DNA from: Tolypothrix brevis GSE-NOS-MK-07-07A
Lineage (GTDB): Bacteria; Cyanobacteriota; Cyanobacteriia; Cyanobacteriales; Nostocaceae
Direction of reading: 5' to 3'
NCBI GenBank assembly: GCA_019358985.1
Contig: JAHHIJ010000031.1
Coordinates: 7,839 to 31,838 of the forward strand
Length of the DNA: 24,000 nucleotides
Position 1 is the stretch's first letter. The number at the start of each line of letters is the position of its first letter. The notes under the pieces were generated by a model. The model saw nothing but the letters and a program-made list of their open reading frames with translations. It was not told where the DNA came from and ran no database searches. Shown piece after piece: positions 8,168-16,385 of this stretch. The position numbers and the translations under genes are program-made.

Positions 8168-8206
8168 TTAACATTCTTTCACACTGAAATGAAATTAGGA
8201 TGAAAT
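8168..8206 (-). promoter_or_regulatory. Direct-repeat operator (ATTTCATCCTAATTTCATT, 8188-8206), then 14 nt, then a -10 box TGTTAA (8168-8173)
   Basis: Fourth copy of the motif, about 120 nt upstream of the membrane fusion protein ATG at 8048. It has one mismatch in the distal half-site and the weakest -10 box. Confidence 0.55.
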
Positions 8207-8319
8207 ATAGAATGGATGAGAAGCATTCAACCTTAGCAAGAGGGGGTAAGAAATTGGAGGGGGATTGAAACCGCTTTTTTCCTTTCCCCTTTCCCCCTCC
8301 CTTAGTAAACAATATGATA

Positions 8320-8540
8320 TGGAAGACAAGTCACTAACCCAGGGCTAAAGCCGCTGGGCTTGTAAGAGGGGAATTCACCACTACCCAAATCAAGTTAAAA
8401 CTTGTGTCTAGCTATTTCAACTGAATTGCCTGGATGTGGTAGTCCAAAACACGTTAAGAATGCCTCCCTAGTTTTTAACCTCTGTGGCAGTCAGTAGCGA
8501 AGGGATATATACACCTAGTAATAGGGCTTATTGTAAATGT
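8320..8540 (+). ncRNA. Candidate omega RNA scaffold for IsrB (boundaries approximate; the guide is expected at or just beyond the 5' end)
   Basis: About 220 nt with no ORF immediately 5' of isrB on the same strand, which is where IscB/IsrB omega RNAs are encoded. It contains local hairpins (8338-8358; CAAGTT/AACTTG at 8391-8404) and possible long-range pairs (ACTACC at 8380-8385 with GGTAGT at 8438-8443; CCCTA at 8466-8470 with TAGGG at 8522-8526). It was not folded computationally. Confidence 0.45.
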
Positions 8541-9586
8541 TTGTTCCAGTAGTTGACCAAAACAACCGTCCCTTGATGCCAACGACCCCTAGCAGGGCAA
8601 AGCGTTGGATTAAGTTAGGTAAGGCTACACCATTTTTCAAAAAAGGAGTATTTTGTGTTCGATTAAATCAAGAACCATCTAATAGAAACACGCAACCAAT
8701 AGCGGTTGGAGTTGACCCTGGCAGTAAGCGCGAAGGCTACACGGTTAAGTCACAGTCGCATACTTATCTAAACATCCAATCTCATGCTGTTGACTGGGTT
8801 AAAGACCATGTTGAAGTTCGCCGAAATATGCGACGTGCTAGACGAGTTCGTAACACCCCATGCCGACAGAATCGCAAAAACAGGCTTGTAAATAAACAAA
8901 AGTTACCACCATCAACTAAAGCTAGATGGCAATGGAAATTACGTATTTGCAAGTGGTTAACATTAATGTTCCCTGTTTCGACTTTTGTTGTTGAAGATAT
9001 CAAAGCTAAGACGTGGAAGGGTGCAAGAAAGTGGAACGTTATGTTTAGCCCGTTAGAAGTTGGGAAGGGATGGTTTTATTCTGAGCTAAAAAGACTTGCC
9101 AATCTTGAAACTAGAACTGGCAACGACACTTGCGAAATGCGTCAAAGTTTAGGGTTGAAAAAATCAAAAAACAAGTTATCTAGCAAGTTTGACGCTCACT
9201 GCGTTGATTCTTGGGTACTTGCTAATTGGTTCGTCGGGGGGCATCTCAAACCTGAGAATACCCAATTGACTGAAATTGTGCCGCTAGAATTTCATCGTCG
9301 TCAACTACATCGACTACAACATTCTGTTGGGCATCTCCGCCCCAGATATGGAGGGACGATTAGCGTGGGATTTAAGCGCGGCTCAGTAATTAAACATCCT
9401 AAATTTGGTTTTTGTTATGTGGGTGGTTGGCAGGAATCCCCAACAAAGAAAGACCCAGCTAGAAAAACAATTAGTTTACACAGTCTAGATACTGGTAAAC
9501 GATTAACCCAAAATGCAATTCCTAATGATTGTAAATTCAAGTCTTACGGCTCGTGGAGAATATCCACTGCGACTAAAGTCGCTTGA
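8537..9586 (+). CDS. isrB: IsrB-type OMEGA RNA-guided nuclease/nickase (PLMP domain, split RuvC, Arg-rich bridge helix, C-terminal TID; no HNH)
   Basis: 349-aa ORF. The motifs in order are: N-terminal ..DQNNRPLMPTTPSRAKRWIKLGKA (PLMP motif); IAVGVDPGSKREGY (RuvC-I Asp); RRNMRRARRVRNTPCRQNRKNR (RRxRR bridge helix); TFVVEDIK (RuvC-II Glu); about 65 aa without any Cys/His HNH block; FDAHCVDSWVLA (RuvC-III His/Asp); and a Gly/Lys-rich C-terminal beta domain (GFKRGSVIKHPKFGFCYVGGW..). Confidence 0.85.
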   Translation: MFVPVVDQNNRPLMPTTPSRAKRWIKLGKATPFFKKGVFCVRLNQEPSNRNTQPIAVGVDPGSKREGYTVKSQSHTYLNIQSHAVDWVKDHVEVRRNMRRARRVRNTPCRQNRKNRLVNKQKLPPSTKARWQWKLRICKWLTLMFPVSTFVVEDIKAKTWKGARKWNVMFSPLEVGKGWFYSELKRLANLETRTGNDTCEMRQSLGLKKSKNKLSSKFDAHCVDSWVLANWFVGGHLKPENTQLTEIVPLEFHRRQLHRLQHSVGHLRPRYGGTISVGFKRGSVIKHPKFGFCYVGGWQESPTKKDPARKTISLHSLDTGKRLTQNAIPNDCKFKSYGSWRISTATKVA

Positions 9587-9849
9587 GTCGTGTTTCCTAG
9601 GAAGGGCTGAAGCCCCTGAGTTTCCACACATCCCACGACAACTTATGAATAAGAGTAAAATTTAAGTATTCTTGTCGGACAGTTCAAAAAATCTCTGAAA
9701 ATTAGTAATAACACAGAAGAGTAAATCTAGTATAAAAAATTGAAGTGATAAGAAATATCGCGATTTAATTGTCAAATAAAATTCACAGGTTGTTAAATGT
9801 AATCTTTCAGCATCGGCTTGTAGGTACTTGAAAAAACTAAAGGAAATAG

Positions 9850-11547
9850 ATGGGACAAGGTTTGTTGCAAATTGGGCTAACGCTCTGCATTGTCATAGGA
9901 ATAACTCCGTTCCTGGGTAAATACATAGCCCGTGTCTTCTTAGGAGAAAAAACGCTACTTGACTTAGTAATGCAGCCTGTAGAAAGATTGATTTATACAT
10001 TAGCAGGTGTCCGCAAACAAGATAATATGACTGGTTGGCAGTATGCGCGGGCAATACTGTACACTAATTTTGTTATGGGCGTTTTCGTATATCTGTTAAT
10101 AGCGCTTCAGAAATTTTTGCCCTTCAATCCCATGCGGTTAGGGACGCCTACTTGGGATACAATATTACACACTGCGATTTCATTTCTGACAAATACCGAT
10201 CAACAACATTATGCTGGTGAAACAACCTTAAGTTATTTCAGCCAGACAGCAGCTTTAGGCTTTTTAATGTTTACCTCAGCAGCGACGGGTTTAGCGGTAG
10301 GAATTGCCTTTATTCGCGGCTTAACAGGTAGACCTTTAGGAAATTTTTACGCCGATTTGACTCGTGGCATCACACGAATTTTACTACCAATTTCGGTGAT
10401 TGGAGCGATCGCTTTACTTTTAACAGGTGTACCGCAAACGTTAGCTGCACCGCAAGTTGTCAGAACCCTCGAAGGAAGTACGCAGTACATCGCCAGAGGA
10501 CCAGTAGCATCTTTTGAGATAATCAAACAACTAGGCGAAAATGGTGGGGGTTTTTTTGGGGTTAACTCGGCACATCCCTTTGAAAATCCCAATGGCATTT
10601 CTAACTTAATCGAAGAAATCGCCATGATTTCGATTCCAGCGGCATTGATTTATACCTACGGTTTATTTGCGAATAATATCAAACAAGCTTGGCTACTTTT
10701 CTGGATGGTATTTATAATTTTTGTAATTTTAGTTCTGATTACCGCTTCTGGTGAACTGCAAGGAAATACTCTAATTAATACCACTTTAGGAACAGACCTA
10801 CCGAATTTAGAAGGCAAAGAAGTCAGATTTGGCTGGGCACAAACTGCATTATGGGCAGTTATGACCACTGCAACCATGTGCGGCGCCGTCAACGGTATGC
10901 ACGATTCTCTCATGCCGAGTGGTGGCTTTTCAACCCTTTTCAACTTATTTTTGCAGATTATTTGGGGCGGTCAAGGGACAGGCACCGCTTACTTATTTAT
11001 TTACCTAATTCTCACGGTATTTTTAACTGGGTTAATGGTGGGACGCACTCCAGAATTTTTCGGACGCAAAATAGAAAAGCGAGAAATTGTCCTTGCGAGC
11101 GTAGTTTTACTGGTACACCCAATTGTAGTTTTAATTCCCACTGCGATCGCCTTAACTTCTCCCAACACTTTATCTGGAATTACCAACCCAAGTTTTCACG
11201 GTATCTCCCAAGTAGTTTACGAATATGCTTCAGCTGCTGCTAACAACGGTTCTGGTTTGGAAGGATTAGCTGATAGCCAACCTGCACGTACAGCTTTATG
11301 GTGGAACTTAAGTACTTGTGTGAGCATCTTAGTAGGACGCTACGTACCAATTATTGCCATCCTACTTTTAGCTGAGAGTATGAGACACAAACCAACAGTG
11401 CCAGAAACCCCAGGTACATTAAGAACCGATTCTCTGCTATTTACTATTGTTACCGCTGGAGTAATTCTGATTTTAGGAGTACTGACATTCTTCCCCGTTT
11501 TAGCATTAGGTCCCATCGCTGAAGGTTTTAAACTCGCTGTCCGTTAG
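9850..11547 (+). CDS. kdpA: Potassium-transporting ATPase subunit A
   Basis: 565-aa polytopic membrane ORF with the typical KdpA N-terminus (..LGKYIARVF..) and selectivity-filter-like NNGSG and GENGGGF segments. It is followed by kdpB and kdpC. Confidence 0.96.
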   Translation: MGQGLLQIGLTLCIVIGITPFLGKYIARVFLGEKTLLDLVMQPVERLIYTLAGVRKQDNMTGWQYARAILYTNFVMGVFVYLLIALQKFLPFNPMRLGTPTWDTILHTAISFLTNTDQQHYAGETTLSYFSQTAALGFLMFTSAATGLAVGIAFIRGLTGRPLGNFYADLTRGITRILLPISVIGAIALLLTGVPQTLAAPQVVRTLEGSTQYIARGPVASFEIIKQLGENGGGFFGVNSAHPFENPNGISNLIEEIAMISIPAALIYTYGLFANNIKQAWLLFWMVFIIFVILVLITASGELQGNTLINTTLGTDLPNLEGKEVRFGWAQTALWAVMTTATMCGAVNGMHDSLMPSGGFSTLFNLFLQIIWGGQGTGTAYLFIYLILTVFLTGLMVGRTPEFFGRKIEKREIVLASVVLLVHPIVVLIPTAIALTSPNTLSGITNPSFHGISQVVYEYASAAANNGSGLEGLADSQPARTALWWNLSTCVSILVGRYVPIIAILLLAESMRHKPTVPETPGTLRTDSLLFTIVTAGVILILGVLTFFPVLALGPIAEGFKLAVR

Positions 11548-11715
11548 AAGAGGAGGGGGGGAGAGGGGGAGAGGGGGAGTGAGGGAGTGGGGGGCAGGAG
11601 GGGGCAGGGGAGAATTTACTTCGTCATCTTCTTCCACTCCCTCACTCCCCCCCTCCCCCCCTCACTCCCCCCCTCCCCCACTCTCCCAATACCCAATACC
11701 CAATGCCCCAAATAT
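11548..11715 (+). repeat. Intercistronic G-rich / C-rich inverted repeat plus a CCCAATA heptamer triplet
   Basis: The G-rich arm spans 11548-11613 and carries at least 7 G-runs. The C-rich arm spans 11628-11688. A perfect 17-bp pairing core joins GGGGAGTGAGGGAGTGG (11574-11590) with CCACTCCCTCACTCCCC (11634-11650). CCCAATA, CCCAATA and CCCAATG follow at 11685-11705, just before the kdpB ATG. Confidence 0.85.
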
Positions 11716-13917
11716 ATGAATCGCGTTGCAACTACTTCTAAAAAGAAACCTCCACGTTCTCTCAAAAGCGATCGCCGTCAATCGCCGAAAAAGTCTAAAG
11801 TAAATAATACAGGACTTTATCTCAGAGCAATTAAAGATGCTTTTGTCAAGCTAAATCCCAAATCTGCAATCAAAAACCCAGTCATGTTTTTGGTTTGGGT
11901 AGGCACAATTATTACTCTTTTGGTCACGATCGATCCTTATTTATTTGGACAAGTCCCAGGCAATAATTTACAACGTTTTAACGGCTTAATTACGGGAATT
12001 TTATTCTTTACGGTGTGGTTTGCCAATTTTGCCGAAGCTGTGGCGGAAGGACGCGGTAAAGCTCAAGCTGATGCTTTGCGCTCAACTCAGTCAGAAACTC
12101 CCGCGAGAAAACTCTCCCCTGATGGCTCAATTACCGAAGTACCTTCCACCAGCCTCAGACAAAGTGATACTGTATATGTAGTAGCTGGTGATATCATTCC
12201 CGCCGATGGGGAAGTGATTATGGGTATCGCTTCGGTGGATGAATCGGCAATTACTGGGGAATCTGCACCAGTATTGAAGGAGTCAGGCTCGGATGTTGCA
12301 AGTTCAGTTACTGGTGGTACGCGGATTATTTCCGATGAATTAATTATACGCATTACATCTGACCCAGGTAAAGGCTTTATTGACCGGATGATTGCCTTGG
12401 TGGAAGGTGCAGAACGCAGCAAAACACCGAATGAAATTGCTTTGACGGTGTTATTGGCAGTTCTGAGCTTGGTATTTTTATTTGTGGTGGTGACATTGCC
12501 AGCGATCGCCTTTTATGTTAAAAGTGAAATCAGCGTACCAATTTTAATTGCTCTGTTGGTGGCATTAATCCCCACAACCATCGGTGGTTTGCTGAGTGCG
12601 ATCGGTATTGCCGGTATGGATCGAGTTGCCCAATTTAACGTTATTGCTACTTCGGGACGAGCAGTAGAAGCTTGCGGTGACATTAACACTTTACTTCTCG
12701 ATAAAACAGGTACAATTACCCTTGGCAACCGCTTGGCAGAGGAATTTATCCCGATTAACGGTCACTCAATCGAGGAAATTGCCAGCGTAGCTTTGGCAGC
12801 TAGCGTCTTTGATGATACACCAGAAGGTAAATCCATTGTCAGACTGGCAGAAAAGTTAGGGGCAAAAATTGAATTTGACCACAATCAGTCAGAACCAGTT
12901 GACTTTTCCGCCAAAACGCGCATGAGTGGTACTAACTTGCCAGGTGGATATCAAGCGCGGAAAGGAGCAGTAGGAGCAATTCAGGGATTTGTGCGTTCAC
13001 GAAGTGTCTCCGTTCGTGAAGCGTCTCCGCTAGGAGAAGGAGAATCGCGAAGTGTCTCTGTTCGTGAAGCGTCTCCGCTAGGAGAAGGACAATCGCGTAA
13101 CGGACAAGATTCCCTAGAACTCAACGCTGCTTACGAACAAGTTTCCCACCAGGGAGGTACACCCTTAGCCGTTTGCTTAGATCAGGAAATTTACGGTATC
13201 ATCTATCTTAAAGATATTGTAAAACCGGGTCTTCGCGAACGTTTTGAGCAGTTGCGACGCATGGGTGTGCGTACTGTCATGCTAACCGGCGACAATCGCA
13301 TTACCGCTTCTGTAATTGCCCAGGAAGCTGGAGTTGATGACTTTATTGCCGAAGCAACACCAGAAGATAAAATTTCCGTAATTCAAGAAGAACAAGCAAA
13401 AGGCAAACTTGTAGCGATGACGGGGGACGGTACTAACGATGCTCCGGCTCTCGCTCAAGCAAATGTCGGTGTAGCAATGAATACAGGGACTCAAGCAGCT
13501 AAAGAAGCGGCAAATATGGTAGATTTGGACTCTGATCCCACTAAGCTAATTGATATTGTTTCTATTGGTAAACAATTGTTGATTACTCGTGGAGCATTGA
13601 CAACATTTTCCCTCGCTAATGATATTGCTAAATATTTTGCGATTATTCCAGTGCTATTTGCTACTGCTAATCTGCAAAGTTTAAATATCATGAAATTGAC
13701 CAGTATTAATTCTGCAATACTGTCAGCGCTGATTTACAATGCTCTAATTATTCCAGCTTTGATTCCTTTAGCGTTACGAGGTGTGAAGTTTAGACCGTTA
13801 ACTGCTAATGAATTGCTACAACGTAATATCTTAATTTATGGGTTGGGTGGGGTGATTGCACCATTTATTGCAATTAAATTGATTGACATGTTGATTACGG
13901 TGGTAGGTTTAGCGTGA
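11716..13917 (+). CDS. kdpB: Potassium-transporting ATPase subunit B (P-type ATPase catalytic subunit)
   Basis: P-type ATPase motifs are present: DKTGTIT (phosphorylation site), MLTGDN, and [17 protein letters not shown] place the start at ATG 11716 ([10 protein letters not shown]..) rather than the track start 11587, which would translate the C-rich repeat arm as poly-Pro. Confidence 0.96.
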   Translation: MNRVATTSKKKPPRSLKSDRRQSPKKSKVNNTGLYLRAIKDAFVKLNPKSAIKNPVMFLVWVGTIITLLVTIDPYLFGQVPGNNLQRFNGLITGILFFTVWFANFAEAVAEGRGKAQADALRSTQSETPARKLSPDGSITEVPSTSLRQSDTVYVVAGDIIPADGEVIMGIASVDESAITGESAPVLKESGSDVASSVTGGTRIISDELIIRITSDPGKGFIDRMIALVEGAERSKTPNEIALTVLLAVLSLVFLFVVVTLPAIAFYVKSEISVPILIALLVALIPTTIGGLLSAIGIAGMDRVAQFNVIATSGRAVEACGDINTLLLDKTGTITLGNRLAEEFIPINGHSIEEIASVALAASVFDDTPEGKSIVRLAEKLGAKIEFDHNQSEPVDFSAKTRMSGTNLPGGYQARKGAVGAIQGFVRSRSVSVREASPLGEGESRSVSVREASPLGEGQSRNGQDSLELNAAYEQVSHQGGTPLAVCLDQEIYGIIYLKDIVKPGLRERFEQLRRMGVRTVMLTGDNRITASVIAQEAGVDDFIAEATPEDKISVIQEEQAKGKLVAMTGDGTNDAPALAQANVGVAMNTGTQAAKEAANMVDLDSDPTKLIDIVSIGKQLLITRGALTTFSLANDIAKYFAIIPVLFATANLQSLNIMKLTSINSAILSALIYNALIIPALIPLALRGVKFRPLTANELLQRNILIYGLGGVIAPFIAIKLIDMLITVVGLA
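12997..13092 (+). repeat. In-frame 48-bp tandem duplication inside kdpB ([16 protein letters not shown] / [16 protein letters not shown])
   Basis: Two consecutive 48-nt units (12997-13044 and 13045-13092) differ at 5 positions. Each contains the small palindrome CACGAA/CGCGAA..TTCGTG. A third unit begins (TCGCG) and then diverges. Confidence 0.9.
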
Positions 13918-13969
13918 GGCTTGATTTTTTGATTGTAGAGATGTTGTAATTAATCGACATCTGGTAGAA

Positions 13970-14008
13970 AAGACGTAGAGACGTAGCATTGCTACGTCTA
14001 ATCAAGGG
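13970..14008. repeat. Dispersed hairpin element (AGACGTAGC-ATT-GCTACGTCT plus AATCAAGG tail)
   Basis: 9-bp stem at 13979-13987 / 13991-13999 with a 3-nt loop, preceded by a duplicated AGACGTAG. The same family occurs at 20412-20446 in inverted orientation, and related copies lie in the 17.7-18.3 kb repeats. Confidence 0.8.
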
Positions 14009-14027
14009 TTTCGGAGAAGAATTAAGG

Positions 14028-14064
14028 AACCGCAGATGAACGCAGATGGACGCAGATAAATCTG
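14028..14064. repeat. Decamer tandem repeat AAC-CGCAGATGAA-CGCAGATGGA-CGCAGATAAA
   Basis: Three 10-bp units share the core CGCAGAT. An inverted partial copy lies at 16386-16410. Confidence 0.8.
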
Positions 14065-14138
14065 TACTTGATTCAAACGAGAAGCGCTATAATTCTTTAC
14101 AATTATTAAGAAAACGAACCGCAAAGGGATGCAAAGTT

Positions 14139-14408
14139 ATGAAAAGAGTTAATTTACAATATAAATTTTTGGCAATGGATGCAGTACAGGGGATTTTGTA
14201 TGTTTGGTGGGGATGGTATAAACAAAAATTGCCCCTCGTTGTTTTTTTCGTACTATGTTTGAATTTGATAATTGCTCCAGTTGTTTACGCTGCTGGTGAT
14301 GGCAATTTGGAACGTCGTTCGGCTTGGGCGATCGGCGTTTTAGGATTTGTAATTCTGGGACTTATAATTTACTTATTTGATGTCATTTTTCGCCCAGAAC
14401 GCTATTAG
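14139..14408 (+). CDS. Small two-TM Kdp-associated protein (cyanobacterial kdpG position) with a KdpF-like C-terminal helix
   Basis: The ORF lies between kdpB and kdpC. Its C-terminal segment AIGVLGFVILGLIIYLFDVIFRPERY resembles the KdpF consensus (hydrophobic helix ending YL..AL.RPE.F). I prefer the start at ATG 14139 (MKRVNLQ.., GGGA about 10 nt upstream). The track start 14046 lies in the repeat region. Confidence 0.55.
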   Translation: MKRVNLQYKFLAMDAVQGILYVWWGWYKQKLPLVVFFVLCLNLIIAPVVYAAGDGNLERRSAWAIGVLGFVILGLIIYLFDVIFRPERY

Positions 14409-14458
14409 TTAGGCAATCTAAAAAATTAAAGAAAATATTAGAGGTTTTCAAAAAAATT

Positions 14459-15064
14459 ATGTCTATTGTGAGAGAAGCTATCAGAGCCATTCGCATTACT
14501 TTGGTTCTCTGGTTGCTGACAGCAATTATTTATCCTTTATTTATTCTTTTGATAGCTCAAGTTCCTTTCCTTCAAGAAAAGGCTAATGGCAGTATCATCT
14601 ATAATTTCAAAGATGAACCAATTGGCTCGGCTTTGATTGGACAACAGTTCAGAGATGAGCGTTATTTTCATGGTCGTCCTAGTACGGTGAGATATAGCCA
14701 AGGAAAACAAGCCAAACCAACCGGCATATCTGGTGCAAGCAATCTCGCTCCCAGTAACCCAGAATTGCTCAAACGAATTGTAGAGCGAGCAAATCAACTC
14801 AAAGACGAGAATATTCAACCACTCGCTGATTTCATTTATACATCTGGTTCTGGCTTAGATCCACATATATCACTAAAAGCAGCGCGGGAACAGTTAGATC
14901 GAGTTGCTCGTGCTCGTGGTGTCCGCGAAAATGAAATACGTTTTTTACTTGATAAGTATATCGATAAAAGATTTTTAGAGATTTTTGGAGAGCCTGGAGT
15001 TAATGTTTTACGATTGAATTACGCTCTCGATCTTCAAGAAATTAATCGTCGGCAAAATCAATAA
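14459..15064 (+). CDS. kdpC: Potassium-transporting ATPase subunit C
   Basis: 201-aa ORF with an N-terminal TM helix and the KdpC signature ..SGSGLDPHISLKAA... Confidence 0.94.
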   Translation: MSIVREAIRAIRITLVLWLLTAIIYPLFILLIAQVPFLQEKANGSIIYNFKDEPIGSALIGQQFRDERYFHGRPSTVRYSQGKQAKPTGISGASNLAPSNPELLKRIVERANQLKDENIQPLADFIYTSGSGLDPHISLKAAREQLDRVARARGVRENEIRFLLDKYIDKRFLEIFGEPGVNVLRLNYALDLQEINRRQNQ

Positions 15065-15215
15065 ATGATAGTTATACTATGCACATTATACCCTCAGGCT
15101 GGAAGACTGGGGCTATACAAACAAGGAACACCTACGTGGGCACTCATTAGGCGCATCTTCATATACAAATGGTATTAGTTTAACCAACAACTAACAACTA
15201 TTAACCAATAACTTT

Positions 15216-16367
15216 ATGAACACTAAACTTTCAAATTCTGGAAGTTATTATTCTATAGGTTCGGCGCGGCGGGGTAAACATAAAATATTTATTGGTATGG
15301 CTCCTGGGGTGGGCAAAACTTACCGTATGTTAGAAGAAGGACACGCACTCAAACACGAGGGTATTGATGTTGTCGTTGGACTTTTGGAAACTCACGGACG
15401 TAAGGAAACGACAGAAAAAGCGCAAGGGTTAGAAATAATACCCCGGAAGGAAATTCTTCGCAGCGGATTGACTTTGACGGAAATGGATACGGATGCAATT
15501 TTAGCGCGATCGCCTCAGTTGGTTTTAGTCGATGAACTCGCACATACCAATGTCCCAGATCAACAGCGGGAAAAACGTTATCAAGATGTAGAAATCATTT
15601 TGGCAGCAGGCATTGATGTATACTCCACAATGAATATTCAACATTTGGAAAGTCTTAATGATCTGGTAGCGCGAATTACTGGTGTGATAGTTCGAGAACG
15701 GGTTCCCGATCGCATTTTAGACGACGCAAATCAAATTATTGTTATAGATATAACACCAGAAACACTGCAAGAACGCTTGCGAGAAGGCAAAATTTATGCA
15801 CAACCAAAAATTCAACAATCCCTTGATAATTTCTTTCAACGTCGCAATCTGATAGCTTTGCGAGAATTGGCTTTGCGGGAAGTTGCAGACAATATCGAAG
15901 AAGATGCGATCGCTTCCACTCCCCCAGGACAAGTCTGTAATATTCACGAACGGGTTTTGGTATGCGTATCCACCTATCCCAGTTCAGTACAACTATTACG
16001 TCGAGGGGCTAGACTTGCTAATTATATGAATGCCCCCATTTTCGCTGTATTTGTCAAAGAAAAAGACCGCTTCCTCACCAAAGAAGAAAGTTTATATATT
16101 GAAACTTGTGAGAAACTGTGTAAAGAATTTGAAGGAAATTTTATTCATTTCAGTAGTAATGATGTGGCTGGTGCGATCGCTTTATTGGCGAAACAATATC
16201 ACATCACCCAGATTGTAATCGGCGAAAGTCAGCGATCGCGCTGGCAAATACTCTGGAAAGGATCTTTAACACAAACCTTAGTCCGCTTGCTCAAAAACGT
16301 TGATTTACATATAATTGGCACAGAAAAAAACAACGCAAAATTGTCACCGCAGATAAACAAAGGATGA
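15216..16367 (+). CDS. kdpD: Truncated KdpD: N-terminal KdpD domain plus Usp-like domain only, with no TM or histidine-kinase part
   Basis: 383-aa ORF containing RGKHKIFIGMAPGVGKTYRMLEEG (the Walker-A-like KdpD N-terminal domain) and a C-terminal Usp-like fold (ERVLVCVS..IVIGESQRS). It ends without an H-box or ATPase domain, as is known for cyanobacterial kdp operons. Confidence 0.9.
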   Translation: MNTKLSNSGSYYSIGSARRGKHKIFIGMAPGVGKTYRMLEEGHALKHEGIDVVVGLLETHGRKETTEKAQGLEIIPRKEILRSGLTLTEMDTDAILARSPQLVLVDELAHTNVPDQQREKRYQDVEIILAAGIDVYSTMNIQHLESLNDLVARITGVIVRERVPDRILDDANQIIVIDITPETLQERLREGKIYAQPKIQQSLDNFFQRRNLIALRELALREVADNIEEDAIASTPPGQVCNIHERVLVCVSTYPSSVQLLRRGARLANYMNAPIFAVFVKEKDRFLTKEESLYIETCEKLCKEFEGNFIHFSSNDVAGAIALLAKQYHITQIVIGESQRSRWQILWKGSLTQTLVRLLKNVDLHIIGTEKNNAKLSPQINKG

Positions 16368-16385
16368 GGTTTAGATAATTATCAG

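Larger units (their letters stand above)
8320..9645 (+). mobile_element. Non-autonomous IS200/IS605-like element carrying isrB (no tnpA); ends approximate
   Basis: A solo IsrB ORF is flanked by similar subterminal hairpins: CCCAGGGC-TAAA-GCCGCTGGG at 8338-8358, and GGGC-TGAA-GCCC at 9604-9615 nested in GTCGTG...CACGAC (9587-9592 / 9634-9639). The shared core is AGGGCTRAAGCC. The exact termini are not determinable from a single copy. Confidence 0.5.

Noticed and set aside
8106-8312. 68-aa minus-strand ORF (MFTKGGGKGKGKKRF..)
   Set aside because: It spans the operator/promoter of the adaptor gene and a GGAGGGGG/CCCCCTCC repeat. It has low-complexity sequence and no supporting context.
9650-9849. 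Possible riboswitch (for example c-di-AMP/ydaO type) or leader upstream of kdpA
   Set aside because: The region is AT-rich with no recognisable conserved helices or motifs by eye. Only a covariance-model scan could settle it.
11587-11715. N-terminal extension of kdpB from the track start ([36 protein letters not shown]..)
   Set aside because: The extension is a translation of the G-rich/C-rich inverted repeat, giving poly-Pro and poly-Gly-like sequence. The KdpB-like sequence begins at ATG 11716.
14046-14138. Longer start for the small Kdp ORF (MDADKSVLDS..)
   Set aside because: The first codons are the CGCAGAT decamer repeat. The internal ATG at 14139 has a better upstream purine-rich site and precedes the first TM helix. 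The longer start cannot be fully excluded.
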